A DNA stretch of 60,048 nt from Macrostomum lignano. Its lineage: Eukaryota. Below the pieces are notes generated by a model. The model was not told the DNA's origin. It made no database searches and worked only from the letters and a program-made list of their open reading frames with translations. The DNA is taken from contig NIVC01003427.1 of NCBI GenBank assembly GCA_002269645.1, positions 1 to 60,048 on the forward strand. The letters are read 5' to 3'. The number at the start of each line of letters is the position of its first letter. Position 1 is the first letter of the stretch. The position numbers and the translations under genes are program-made. Below are positions 1-26,725 of the stretch, one piece after another.

Positions 1-352
1 TGCTGCTAAGCGCCAACTACCCATCGACAGCCCTTAGTTTGCAACTGGTACCACACGGGTTCTCGAGGGCCGCTCTTGTGGGGGAGGGCTCGGGCGTCGG
101 CTGTCAACTCGACCTGGCGCCTGTGTCCCAGCCCGCAGCCGGCCTCCCGCCCCCTGATCTTGCAGAGTGTGGACCGGGGGCCTGCCGGAGCCTCGCCTGG
201 GAGCAATCCTGGATAAGACGGCAACCCAAAGCTTCTCTGCTGTTTACCGTGGCAGAGGTAGCTCCACGGAGCTGGCTGGGGTATATCCAGTCCCCGAGCG
301 GTTACCCCCCCTCTTTTCTACATTTCAGTTTTTCCATTTCAGCCTACTCTGC

Positions 353-1273
<921 letters not shown>

Positions 1274-1274
<1 letters not shown>

Positions 1275-4200
1275 TGCCGTTCCCAACCCCGTGCCAAACT
1301 AGGAGCGGGGCGCTGAGGGCGAACCTTAACGGCCAGCCCAATGATGACACTGCCACCAGCAACCAAATAAATAATCCGCCGCCGGCGAACCAACCTGTTA
1401 ACCTGCACATTATTCAGATCAACCTGCACCACGCCCTTGCAGCATCTAGCAACCTTTCAGGCACCTTTGCCAACAAGGAAGTTGACATCTACCTTATTCA
1501 GGAACCGTATACCCGCAAGGGGAAGCCGACCTGCCTGCCGCCAGGCTATCAGGTTCTGTACCTCTGCGCGAACGACACCCCCAGAGCTATCGCCCTCGTC
1601 AAAAACGACCTCCCGGCCACTATTATGCCAATGTTTTGCTCTAAAGACATGTGTACTTTCTCAGTCTTTGACTTGACCTTCGTTTCCGCTTACCTGGACA
1701 TTCAGGAGGACGTCCCTCCCCCCCTCCTGCAGGAGCTGGCGGACTTCTGTAATCTCCAGGATCGGAAGCTTATCGTTAGCTGCGATGCTAACGCCCACAA
1801 CACTGCCTGGTCTAGTAGCGATACTAACAGGCGCGGTGACTTACTAATTGATTTCATTAACTCCTCCTCGTTACACATTTGCAACAGAGGCAGCAAACCC
1901 ACATTTATTGTCTCTAATCGGCGTGAGGTTATCGACCTCACTCTCGTCTCCAACAACGCCCTCAATCAGGTCCACAGCTGGCTGGTTAGGGATGACCTCC
2001 CATCGCTTTCCGACCACTCGTACATTCAGTACAGCATCAGCTCCGTCGGAGCCCGTCATGAGAACCGGGACCGCCTTAATTTGAAAAAGGCCGACTGGAC
2101 AGGTTTTCGAAGAGACCTGCTAAAACTCCTGACCGAAGCCAACTTACCGGACTCCAGCGAGGATCTCCCTGGCATTGAGCATCGGTGCAACTCCCTCGTT
2201 GAGATCCTAAACACCGCCATACGCGCTAACGCCCCTAAGCTGTTTTGCAGGAAGAAATACTCTCCTTGGTGGAGTCAAGAGCTCACTCGCATGAAGAAAA
2301 ACACCCGCCGACTGCAACGCCTCGCAAACGGCTCGAATACCCCAGAGGATTGGGAGAACTACCACTCTGCTCTGAGGATGTACAAAAGTGCTATCCGAAG
2401 GGCTAAGAAGACCACCTGGAAAGCCTACTGCGCCGGCCTGGAAGGGCAACACCCCACAGCCCGGCTGGTCAGGACTCTCAGGCACGACACGCTAGCTCAG
2501 TGTAACTCCCTTCTGCACCTGGATGGTAACTACACTACCAGTGCCGAAGGTTCGCTAAATCTTCTTTTCTCCACCTGCTTTCCGCAGGTTGACGAACCGG
2601 AGTACGTGGTCGATGACCACAGGCCTTGTGATCACAAGCTTTTCCAGCAGTGCGCCACCCCCAGCTACTCCAGCTGGCAGCAAATTCTTTTAAACCGTAT
2701 AAATCGTCTGGCCCTGACAATATCGCCCCCTGTATCCTGCAGGAGGCGCTAAAGCTGCAAAACTTTGCTGATTCTTTCTCTAAATTGCTTGTTGACTGTT
2801 ATACCACAGGTTACATTCCCACAATCTGGAGAATGTCCAGAGTCGTGTTCATCCCGAAACCTGCTAAGGGTGACTACACCAACGTGAAATCCTTCCGGCC
2901 CATCAGCCTCACTTCCTTTTGTGTTAAGCTGATGGAGAGGCTCATCCTGTGGAGGCTTCGAGAGTGCGACCTGCGCTCCGACCCTGTCAGTAAGTACCAG
3001 TACGCCTTCCAGCCTGGGAGGACGACTGAGCATGCTCTCCACGCCATTACCTCCAAAATTGAGAGTGCCATCCTTAGCAAACAACTCGCTTGCGGGTTGT
3101 TCGTTGACTTCGAAGGAGCATTTGACAATGTCCTCTTCCGCTCCTTCAGAAATTCTCTTTCCCGCAGGAATGTAAGACACAGCATTGTTCGCTGGATTTA
3201 TTTTATGATCCGCAAAAGGTTTGTGACATCCACACTTATGGGCGTTACCCTCACCCGGGCGGTGATGAAAGGCGGCCCGCAAGGTGGCGTGCTAACTCCA
3301 CTTCTCTGGAATCTCGTCATGGACGAACTTCTAACCGCTGACATTCCCAGCAGTATCACCAGGGCGGGCTACGCCGATGACGTTGCCGCGGTCGTCAGCG
3401 GACCCGACCCCGCCACTCTGCGCAACCTGATGCAGCAATTCGCCGACAAGGCGGCCGACTGGGCTACACAGCATGGCCTAAAAATCAGCGTCACTAAGAC
3501 TGTCGCTGTCGTTTTCACCAAGCGCCGTAAGTGGGAGATGAAAAACCTCACTGTCTATGGCAGAAACATCCCCTTCAAGAAGGAGGTCAAATACCTCGGT
3601 GTGACGCTAACGCATGACCTGCGCTGGACGAAGCACCTTGATAACGTCATCGGTCGGGCAAAACGCTGCTTTGCCCAGCTGCGCAGAGCCATCGGGCCGA
3701 CTTGGGGCCTCTCGCCTAGAACGGTCCGTTGGATTTATACCGGCATCATCCGGCCCAGTATCACATACGCGAGTCTCATCTGGACTAGCGTGCTGGAGCA
3801 GAAGGCCGCCCGTCAGCGGCTGTACCAGCTTCAGGGCAGCATTTGCCGTGCCATCACAGGTGCGTACCCGTCCACCCCTTACGAGGGGCTGAACACTATC
3901 CTTAACCTACCTCCGCTTCACCTATTTATTAGGGCGGAGGCTATGAAGTCTGCCTCCCGGCTTATCAGAGATAAAACGTTAAATAACGCGCCCTCTGGCT
4001 TTATGCCAATGAAAACATTAATCCCGCATATGGACTTTGTCCGCCGCGACCTTAACAACATCCACATGGACCTGGGCAATGTGGATAGTCGACCTCCCGC
4101 CCTCAACATCAGGAGGGGCTTCAAGACCGCCATCCCTGGCCGAGACAACATTCCGCTGGATGTCGGTGTGAACCGGCGCAGCCAGGGCATTCACTGCTTC

Positions 4201-5091
4201 ACCGACGGCTCGCTGTTCAACGGCCGCGCTGGAGCGGGTATTGCCATTTTCCACGAGGGTAAGATGCTTCTCCAGGAAAGTCTGCACCTCGGTGAGAACA
4301 CCTCAGTTTTCCAAGCTGAAATTTGCGCCATTGAGCAGTGTGCCCAGCAACTGTTTCAGGCGAACATTAATAATTTTGACATTAATTTCTACACTGATAG
4401 CCAAGCTGCTATTAAGGCCTTAACCACTGAGAATATCTCCGCTGCTACAGTATCTCAATGCCACCGCAGTGTGCAATCTCTCTCAGTCCTTAACAGGATT
4501 AGAATTATCTGGACACCTGGTCACAGCAACATCCTGGGCAACGAGCTCGCGGACTCTCTCGCCAAGGAGGGCAGCAACCCAGACGGCAACCACCGTCTGA
4601 TGAGGCTACCCACCCCCAGGTCGCAAGTCACCCGCCATATCAACAGGTGGCTCCATCAGCAGCACCAGCTCCACTGGAACAGCTGCACCGAGTACAGGCA
4701 GAGCCGCTCTGCCATGCCTAACCTGAACAGGAAAGTCTCTGATTATCTGATTTCGCTTAACAGAACCGACCTCAGGGAGATGTGCATGGTCCTAACCGGC
4801 CACGGATTCTTCCAAAGACATATATCGTTGCAAACCGGTTGCCCTCCCACCTGTCCCTTCTGTGGCATAGGAGAGGAGACCGCGGAGCATCACGTCACCT
4901 TCTGCCCTTACTTCAACAAGGCGCGGCACAAATACCTCGGCCACCCCCAGCGGATGGACGAGCTGACCACCGCGGACAATATCCGAGACCTCCGCGCCTT
5001 CGTCCGGGACTCCGGCCGGATGAGGGTCGCCGATGCCTCCACTGCGGACCTGCCGACTACTGGCGGGGACTGGGCGCACCCCCAAGGCTAA
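1274..5091 (+). CDS. LINE ORF2: AP endonuclease, reverse transcriptase, RNase H, C-terminal CCHC finger (one frameshift at C run 2658-2662)
   Basis: APE: QINLHH, IQEPY, CDANAH, IDLTL, SDH. RT: [29 protein letters not shown]. RNase H: FTDGS, VFQAEI, TDSQAA, WTPGH, GNELAD. Finger: CPFC-x8-H-x4-C. One added C joins ORFs 1274..2752 and 2650..5091 ([17 protein letters not shown]). Confidence 0.93.
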
Positions 5092-5293
5092 TCCTTGTGC
5101 TCTTTTACCTTGGGGTTGCGATAGGGGCCTCGCGGCCTATTCGCGGCGCCTGCGCCCCCCGTCAGTAGTAAGTAAGTAAGTAACCTCACTCCGCGTTCTG
5201 ATTGGCTAGAGAAGACAAACACAGTTCTCGACTCCGCCTCTGCTCTGTTTCACTTGGATAGCACCCAGAAAGGCCCTCCGAACATTAACTTAC

Positions 5294-16794
<11,501 letters not shown>

Positions 16795-17747
16795 CTTCGG
16801 GAATTGTGCAAAATGTGTCAATTAAAACTATTTTGTCAACATTGGCATTACACAGAAATAAAGTTCATGAAAAATAGGGTCATAAAAATGCGCGTTATAG
16901 TTTATTAATTATGTATCGAGCTGCATACAATACCTTTGATTTGAAGCCAGTGCCCATTTTATCACTAATATTATTAACAATCTTAAAAATAAAAAAACAG
17001 CAATATAAAGTAGAACTTTGCTCTGTTCTGTCGAAATTATTTGGTTTCAAAAGAAACCATTTATCAATCGAAACTTAGCAATAAAAAGAATGGCAATTAT
17101 TCTTTGTTCAACCAACTATCGAACTTGCTTCTTTAAATTAGAGGAAAAAGTAGCCAACCAACAGAAAGAAAACAAGAGATCCGTGATGAATTAGCGAAAG
17201 GAAAGAAAAAATTTAATAATACTTCAAATCCTATAAGATGGAATGAAAGTTTGACGCGTCGTCTCGTCTCTCTACATTCGTCCAGTTCAAAATTAGACGG
17301 GGGGAGGATTTTCGAAACGAACGAAAAAAGTTCTGCTGACAGATTTTAGAGAGAAAAAAATATTCGCCGAACTAAAATGCTTTATTTAAGCGCCAACGGA
17401 ACTTTTTATTGAAACACAAGCCGCAGACCTGTAGGTATTGCCAGCCAATGACCAAATCTGGACATTGTGGTTTCCTTACATATTCCTAGAGGTCTTCCTA
17501 CATATTTCTCTTACCCCATCTGCTAGCAAGGCTGATATGCATATGTATGTCTGTCATTCATAACCCGCTTTTTCTCTCTTCGCTTTTTTTGCAAAAAAAT
17601 TCTGCTGAGTTTAAAGCATCAATGTTTTTGACTTGTATATTCTAGACAAGTGCATACATTATATACTGTACGTGTATATAGAATGTAGATAAACCAAAAA
17701 AGTGCGATGAGTCCCGTGATACTTTGTTTCAAAGATTCTATACTTCA

Positions 17748-18016
17748 ATAATAATAATATTTGATTTCACCTGCCCCAATTAGACCAGATGTGCAACCGA
17801 CAGCTCAGCCGCAGCTATTGCGCCGCGCATCTGAAGGCTGCGTACGGCTGTTCAGTCCAAGGACTGGGGGGTCGCCACACACCCTTAATTACCCCAGCTA
17901 ATGCTAGCACCCATTTTACAGCTGGGTGAACTGAAGCAATGCAGAGTTTAAGTGTCTTGCTCAAGGATACAAGTTGTTCCAGTGGGATCAGGAATCGAAC
18001 TCCCGACCTCCAAGTG
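17748..18016 (-). mobile_element. tRNA-derived CORE-type SINE (5' head truncated)
   Basis: Minus strand: B-box GTTCGATTCC (17991-18000), then CCTTGAGCAAGACACTTAAACTC..CTTCAGTTCACCCAGCTGTAAAATGGG, resembling the MIR CORE domain, then an (ATT)n tail. Confidence 0.8.
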
Positions 18017-19593
18017 TATAAAGTTTTTTTTTATTTTTCAGAATTTTTTGTCACTTAAAACTATTTAATTCAATAATATTCGCTACAGTCTACTTAAAGT
18101 AGACTTAAAAGCATTTTTTCGACCTAGAAACGTTACTAAAACATTATTTTTATATGGCTTAAGACTAACACAAAAAATAAAGAAGCAAAAGCAACTTAGT
18201 TGAATTTTGAACGTTGAACTCAGCTAAAGCTCGGTTTTGTGTCAGAGTGTGCCATGATGTATCAACTTAAATTTTGTCATATCGAATTTGGATCCAAGAT
18301 GTCAAGTTAGTACCAAAGAAGTGGATTCATTTTACAACAAATATGACTTTTTTGGATTTCAAGACTTGTATCAATAGTAAAAATTGTGTAATGTCTAAAC
18401 ATGGAATCTGCAGGCTTTGGCAGGTGTAATAAAGGGCATGGTAGTAATGTTGGTGTTTTATTTGATTTTTTTTTAATTAATACCAGCTGGTGACTGAGAT
18501 GTCAAGGTTCACTGGAGAATTGCTAATATGCCAAGACTTATTGGGGGAATTCCTGAGATGCCAAAACTTATTGGGGGAATTCCTGAGATGTCAAGTCAAA
18601 AAGGATTCACATAATAATTTTATCCTGTTCTTATCGGCCGCCCCGAAGGGACTAGATGGATAAAAACTTCTATCTATAATAAAACTTACCGTTTTGGCTT
18701 GACCTTTGTCCTCTTCTTTGATCATATTGAAAATTTGGCGGATTACTCCTTAACACTATAAAGATTAATCTAGTTGAGTAAAGCGAAAAAAACAGCTAGC
18801 TAACATCTACGCGATAACGAGGAATCGACACTGCTCTTATATCCGCTCAGTGAAATACAATCTGACTTGATAACAGAGCTAATTTATTCACGCATCTGCT
18901 AGGAATCTACTTTAGATAAATTCTATAATTGACAAAGATCTCTTACTAAGCAAGGTGCAATGCAGCTTAATACCGCTCTCTAGATTAGTTTTGCTCACTC
19001 TATACGTGCACACATACGGACGGAGAGGAAGAATGTCTTAACGCACTAACTCAAGTTAGCCTACCTATATACATACGTGTAAGCACCTCGACGTTAAACA
19101 GAGTGGAGTGGCAGTGAAGACGAGAGCCACAGAGGCATGATCGGGAGGGAAAGAGAGCTCATCTCTTTTTATCTCTACTAGGTAAGCCGTACAGTGGATG
19201 GAGCTAATCAGATGGGAGTAAACGCTGACCCTATGCGAGTGGGATCGAATGAGAAATGGGAAGACGATTTTAGGGGGGGGGGGGAGTAAATCCCGCCCCA
19301 GCCAGGAATCCTCGAACGATATTGTTGGAATTCTATCCAGTTTTGTCGGGTTTTTTTCAATCAGCATCGAAGACTTCTATAGCATTCTATAGCATAAAGC
19401 TAGGCTTTAGTCTAGACTGCTATAGTAGATTTTATAAAAAGCAATTCAATTACTGTCTGCAAACAGTATAGATTCAGTATCAGTATAGACAGTTAATGAT
19501 ATTCAAAATTTGACTAAGATTAAAAGTTACTTTTGGAACTCAGGGGCTTTGAAAGAACTGTGGAGAGATTTCTGACAGATAGAGGCGTTCACT

Positions 19594-19918
19594 GAAGGAT
19601 CAGGGGGTTGAGCAGTAAGTGCACCTGAAGGATCAGGGGGTTGAGCAGTAAGTGCACCTGAAGGATCAGGGGATTAAGCAGTAAGTGCAGTTGAAGGATC
19701 AGGAGGTTGAGCAGTCAGTGCACCTGAAGGATCAGGAATTGAGCAGTCAGTGCACCTGAAGGATCAGGGGATTAGGCAGTCAGTGCACCTGAAGGATCAG
19801 GGGATTAGGCAGTCAGTGCACCTGAAGGATCAGGGGATTAGGCAGTCAGTGCACCTGAAGGATCAGGAATTGAGCAGGCAGTGCAGCTGAAGGATCAGGG
19901 CATTGAGCAGCATAGATG
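19594..19918. repeat. 33-bp minisatellite
   Basis: Unit GAAGGATCAGGGGGTTGAGCAGTAAGTGCACCT. Confidence 0.95.
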
Positions 19919-21319
19919 AAGGATGTTTAGAATCTATAAGCAAGAACACAATCGCCAAATAAGATAACTCACCCCTTCAGGCATATCCGGACTTGGATTT
20001 TTAAAACATATATAAGAGCTGCCTCGCTGTATCCAGCCAAGCTAACTAATCCGACTAAAGAAAGGTCAAGCGGGCAATAAAAAAGTTTAGCAAGGCCAAA
20101 TGTTTTCTATTCACTTAGTTTCTCACCGACAAGAGCTAAAAATAAAGTTAATTCGAAAATTAACCTGCAACTACAAGATCTGTAATTCCTAAGGTTACGC
20201 TAACAGAGCTCGATTTCGTATTTGGCTTGCTCTCAATTTCTCTCTCTCCCTCCTCTCCACCTCTCTTCCTCTCATTTATTATTCAACTGAGCGCAGTTCA
20301 AGTCAAGTCAGTGTGTCGTGCAGAGCATACAATTATAGCTAATTTGAGAGCGAGAGCTTAGTTGCGGGAATTGTGTGCGCCTGTGCATGGAAGGCATTGC
20401 TGAGAGTTTAGTAACAAGCGCAGAGCAAAAAGGATATATAAATGTAGGTATAAATATGTATAATCCCCTATGTCATGCTATTATTCAAGACCAGATAGTT
20501 AACAACTAAGACAGAGTACCATTTTGAGCTCTAACTCTTTGCTCAAAATATTAACTATTAATCATTTTACAGTCTCAACAAAATGCAGGCTTTACAGCTA
20601 GAAAAACAATAATCTAATTAATAGCATTAGAAATACGAGCTACAGTCCTAAAACGCGCATTAAAAACGCTAAACATGCCTACTATAAGTAGCTAGTTTAG
20701 ACGAAAAAAATGGCACAACCCAGAAAAATGACACCGAGTTAATTTAGCCTAGTTAGCCTAGCACAAGTTTTTTAACGTCTCAATCAGTAAAGTTTCTTTC
20801 TTTAAAAGAGAAGAGACAACAAGAAGAAACCAAAGAAACACAGGAAAAAACTTGAGCAATTTTGAGACTCAATTCTAGCCACAGGAACGCAACACATACT
20901 AATACGTGCATATGCGATAAGAATGAAAACCCGACAGTTTAAATAGATAGATAAAAATGACCAGAAATCTAGGCTCCTATACAGTCGTAAAAAGGCTGTA
21001 TACTAAACAACTAGCGAGCCCCATTAATGAAAGACTGAAGGCCCAATCTTGAGTTTTTTGCTATCCAAATTGCATCTGCATTATGGGAGAGATTGAGCAA
21101 ATAATCTGAGTTATTTAAACAGTCAGCTAGATTTCATATAACAGAGGACCAACTTTCAAATTTACAAATAAAATGAGGCCACACACAACGCCATATATCT
21201 AGAGTAAGGACCTCCGCAACATTGGGTATATTGCTCTACTTTAATGGGAGAGCCTTCCAGACAAGGTCTTGAGGGTCTCATTGAAAATGAAGGCGACATA
21301 TTTTGTAAAAAAATCTAGT

Positions 21320-21640
21320 ATTTGGCGCTTAATTGGCGCAAAAAAATCGTCTATGGCGCCTAATTAGCGAAAAATAAATCTCATCTGTGGCGCTTAATTG
21401 GCGCCAAAAAAATCACATCTGCAGCGCTAAATCTGCGCTAAAAATCTCGTTTGTGGCGCTTAATTAGTGCTAAAACACCCTCTGGCGCTTAATTAGCGCT
21501 AAAACCCCCTCTGTGGCGCTAAATTGGCGCTAAAACACCCTCTGTGGCGCTAAAAATTCTCTGTGGCGCTAACAATCCTCTGTGGCGCTTAATTGGCGCT
21601 AAAAACCATCTGTGGAACTTAATTGGCGCTAAAATAAATC
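21320..21640. repeat. Degenerate GGCGCTTAATTGGCGC tandem repeat
   Basis: Recurrent CTGTGGCGCTTAATTGGCGCTAAAA units of variable length. Confidence 0.8.
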
Positions 21641-21773
21641 TCTAATTCGAATTCAATTAAAAATCCATCGAGATATTAATGAGCGAGACAATAATATTTC
21701 GGAAATCTTTATCCAAATTCCAGATGGGATGAGATCTGTAGAGAGGAACCAAGAAGAGAATAAGCATAAATCA

Positions 21774-22100
<327 letters not shown>

Positions 22101-23504
22101 ACTATTCTATATCCTGGTTTCTAATAATTATTCTTCTCAAGTGTAGCTGCGACTGGGACAGCTTAATACGGCATGCAGAGCCATAAAAATGGCCGGATAT
22201 AAGGAGATCATAAATATAAAATCTGGAGTAGACCCTTTCATTTACGATGCTGAAGTTCATTGTCAGGATAAATTGAAGAAATTTCAGGAGGGCTACGACC
22301 ACCATGGCGCAACGCCTTCGCCGACATTTTCCTACAAAGCAGAGCTACTCAAGGCGATTCTGCCTATTCCGCTTAACTCCTGAGACCACACAAGCGCGCC
22401 AATACTGTACACAGGCGCGCACTCATACACTGCGTCAATTTCTAATCGTCAGGTGTGAATCGCACGACAACTACCTCAGCAAATTTCTGGATTGCAGGGC
22501 ACCGGAATTCTGGAACTCTGGAATTTTAGCATCCCTAAGTTGCGGTAGACCTACACCAAATTCTGGCTCAAGTTCTCCTCGGTTTCTCCTCGAAGGTGAA
22601 AGACTTGTTGCTTTGAACTCCCCAAACAGACCAAGCCAACCAACCACCCCAAATCTCCTTTTAGTCCAGACTTGCGCGAACCTCTTTCGCCCAAGCCAAC
22701 AACCCTTCCTCCCCCTCCCACCCATCGAATTCCTTCCCACTCGTGCATTCCCAACCAACCAACCCTCCAAACCATATACTATACTATGCCATGCCAGACG
22801 CGAGTGCGTCTTCTTTTGGAGCCAGCCAGTTGAAGAACGGACAGAGGAGAGGAGGGGAAGAGAGGGAGATGGGGACAGACAGAGACAGAATGATCTGGTC
22901 ATGGCGATGGAGGGGGGAGGAAAGAGGATTCAAAGAGAGAGAGAAAATCGATACCTTATAGGGCATGCATAGTAGGCCCTCCATTCCAATCCGTTCAGAC
23001 TTCAGACGCCAGCCACTTCCCTCCGAAAACCCGCCACCCCTAAAAGCAGAAACCAAAGCCACTGGCATCGCTATACATAATATTATTTTCTGCTTATTTT
23101 TTATAAAATATATAGCGCATATCTCTGCTATGCGTGGAAGTCACGAACGAAGCAGCAAATTGGAAAGAAAAAGAAATGGAGGGCAACTGTAAAGCAGAAA
23201 TTGTGCGCAAAAGTCAAAACATTGGGGCGCATATTCTGAAAAGAAAGCTTAGTATATATACTAAATATGCTGTCCGTACTGTATGACTACAGCCACAGGG
23301 TAAACTAAAAATGATGAGACCCTAACAGACAAGAATCTCAAAACCACCTCAATGCAGGCAACCATCAATTTTCTTTGCAAATCAACAAACAACAATTCAT
23401 ATTAATATTTACTAGCGCATCACGAACGCTCGATTTCAAAAATCATGGAAGTCACATGCATTATACAGTTAATCGCAAGTGATACTAAATAACATAAGCC
23501 ATCA

Positions 23505-24310
23505 CAGGAATCGCCCATAAACCATTCACCCATAAACCATCAAAAAATCGTCCATAAAGAATCCTTATAATCACAAGAATCGCCCATAAACCATCACAAG
23601 AATCGCCCATAAACCATCACAAGAATCGGCCATAAACCATCACAAGAATCGGCCATAAACCATCACAAGAATCGCCCATAAACCATTACAAGAATCGCCC
23701 ATAAACCATCACAAGAATCGCCCATAAACCATCACAAGAATCGCCCATAAACCATCACAAGAATCGGCCATAAACTTATCACAAGAATCGCTAATAAACC
23801 ATCACAAGAATCGCCCATAAACCATCACAAGAATCGGCCATAAACCATCACAAGAATCGCTAATAAACCATCACAAGAATCGCCCATAAACCATCACAAG
23901 AATCGGCCATAAACCATCACAAGAATCGGCCATAAACCATCACAAGAATCGGCCATAAACCCATCGCAAGAATCGCCCATAAACCATCACGAGAATCACC
24001 CATAAACCATCAATTAATCGACCATAAACCATCAATAGAATCACGCATAATGCATCCATCCATAAACCATAAAAAATCGCCCATAAAGCATCCTTAGAAT
24101 CCTCCGTAAACCATTAAAAAAATCGCCTATAGACCATCCTTAGAATCGCCCATAAACAATCACAAGAATCACCCATAAAACATCCCAAGAATCACCCATA
24201 AATCATCCCAAGAATCGCCCATAGACCATCCCTAGAATCACCCATAAATCATCCCGAGAATCGCCCATAAACCATCTCTAGAATTGCCCATATACCATCC
24301 CGAGAATCGC
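23505..24310. repeat. 23-bp minisatellite
   Basis: Unit AAGAATCGCCCATAAACCATCAC. Confidence 0.95.
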
Positions 24311-26229
24311 TCAGGTATATAGCTCAGTCCTTACTTAATATATAATCTTTTTATAAGCCTATTGTAGCATATATACTATTTAGTTTACCATTATATATAT
24401 GTATGTTTATGTATGTTATATATATATTAATTTCTAAAACTAGAAATTTTATGCTTTTTTAACTTATTCTGAAAGCCTAATGATTTACTAGGCTGTTTCT
24501 ATTGGCAAAATACCCACAGTTTGAAAGGCAACATGTATGCTGGGATTTCTTGGCATACATGACAGAGTGGAAAATTTTTGGAAAACAATGCATATACTTT
24601 TACTACATTAATTTTAAGGTTTATTCTACTTAGTGGCCATAGTCAGGATCATGGCATGCCTGTGCTGGAACAAATCCTATCAAAAAAGTTTGATTGCACT
24701 ATGCACCAAGACTATTAATACATACATGCACAACCTTAGGAATCACTTGGCCATTTCTATTGGCAACACACATGTAAGTTGCTATTGGCTGAGAGAAATC
24801 ACATGACTACTATTCTGACCAATGTGCAAAAGACCATGTTTTCCATTTGAAAAATACCATTAAAACATGTATTTAAATCTGTTTTATAGAAAATGCTATG
24901 TTAACATATATTAATTAAAAAGCTATCAATACACTAGTCAAATGCTAATAAAAAGAAACTATATGCTAATTTTCTATCTAAGAAAATATTGTCTTGTTGA
25001 AAGTTTTTGTCTTGCACCAAATTGAGCCATACTATACTAGTCTTTTCTCCTTTGCCTGCTATTGTACCAGAATATACTGGCGCGATACACTTCTAACCCC
25101 CTTTAGTGCCAGAATTTTCCATGAAAAAGGCCATCTTGACTATGGCTCAATAGATACATTCTATACTAAGGAAAGCAGCAGATATGCCAGATTTTTGGCA
25201 TGCTTAAGGCAATAGTAAAAAATATGGCATAATTGGCATGCTCAAGCTCAAGGCAATCATAAAAATATAGCATGAATGATTGGCATGCATCAAAACTTTG
25301 AATGTTGAAGTCTAATATTGTGGTTTTGGTTGTGATTAGAAACATGCTTATACTTATAGGCTTATATGAAGCTAGTTAAAACTTATTTTTTGCAAAACTC
25401 ACTCATTTTTGTTAGAATTCGTTTCTTAAAATACATTACCATTAGCACAAAAGATGAAGAGTGGCAATCAAAAGGGTTGTAGCAATGTAGATTAAATTAA
25501 ATTTATAAATAGTGTATTTTTGTATATTTACTATTATATAATTTTAGTTATAATTATTTTGCTATTTAAATATGTATATTTACAGTTAATTATTACTTTT
25601 GTTTTACCATATGATTCCAAGAACTTATATAGTATTTTAACTAGGGTAGAATTCAATTTTCCTTCTCCTTTCCTTTTCTCTATTGTCTCGCGATGCTTCA
25701 TGATTGGTTTAAGCCATGCTAAACATTTTTATTTCTATTAGTTAGTATAAATTGTTACCAATTGCTAAAAACCTAGATATATTCATAATTATAATTAGCC
25801 ATTTGCACTTGAACTAATAAACCACTACAAGGTCATTAAAATTTTAGCATGTTTGGCATACATGGCATGAATTGGTAGCTTTGCTCATGTTTGATTCTGG
25901 CATGCCTATGCCTCCTTCCTAAGCACCATAGTTTAGAAGGCAAGATGTATGCTGGGATTTCTGGGTGTACAACAAGGGTACTTGCTTTTTTTAACATACA
26001 TAAACATATATCCCAGCATACATAACATAGTAGAATTTTTTTGGTTTACATCTACAATATGCCTATATACATGTTAGGATGGATTAAAGTGACTTTATAT
26101 AAAATACTTTATATGCAACACTGTTGACATGGACACAAAGTAATACTCAAGCATACATACATGCGCAACCTCCAAAATTCGGTCGGCCGTACGACTTAGT
26201 TTTAACAAAAATGCGACGTAGTTTTTGGC

Positions 26230-26725
26230 CAAAAATGCGACTTGCATGTAAAAAAACCGTAAAGCAAAATTACCGCAAGTTTGGGTAAACGGCAGGAGTA
26301 ACTATGACTCTCTTATTAAGCCAAAAATGCTTCGTCAGCTACTTAGTACTACTACTAGGGTGTTTTTTGAGAGGGCATTTTTGCGACTTCCTTGGTTGGT
26401 CGCCAAATCGGTCGGCCGGATCGGCCGACTCGGCCGACTGTTGCGCATGTATGCAAGCATATACTCAAGTATACAACTTTGGCACCTGATTGCAGCGCAT
26501 GGGCATTTTGGCGGACGGCGTCCGGCGCGGATCAGCCTGCGCGGCGCAGCATTGGTGGTGGACCAGGGGTAAGTCGCAAAAATGCCACCCCATAAAATAC
26601 GGGTGTAGTACTAATTAGATGCCGAGGCACTTAGGCTTGATAAGACAGTCATAGTTACTCCTGCCGTTTACCCAAAACTGCGTTAATTTTGCTTTAGGGT
26701 TTCTTTCACAGGTAAGTCATTTCAC
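26230..26725. mobile_element. Palindromic MITE/foldback element
   Basis: Arms ..TTTGGGTAAACGGCAGGAGTAACTATGACT (~26280-26309) and AGTCATAGTTACTCCTGCCGTTTACCCAAA (~26647-26676), plus an inner IR GGCATTTTTGCGACTT/AAGTCGCAAAAATGCC. No TSD identified. Confidence 0.7.

Noticed and set aside
2650-2670. Programmed ribosomal frameshift in ORF2
   Set aside because: No X XXY YYZ slippery heptamer; it falls mid-ORF2, and similar 1-nt deletions occur elsewhere, favouring error or mutation.
5165-5183. LINE tail as repeated GTAAGT splice donors affecting ankyrin
   Set aside because: The motif is on the strand opposite to ankyrin transcription.
18633-18655. Helitron 3' end after the 30-bp units at 18495-18595
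   Set aside because: The hairpin is short (CCC-CGAA-GGG) and CTAG is followed by A, not T; counted only as a dispersed repeat copy.
22147-22383. Plus-strand terminal exon LRLGQLNTACRAIKMAGYKEIINIKSG.. after the (CT)n tract
   Set aside because: Only a vague rhodanese-like resemblance; its 3' third overlaps an antisense SINE-like copy and no partner exon was found.
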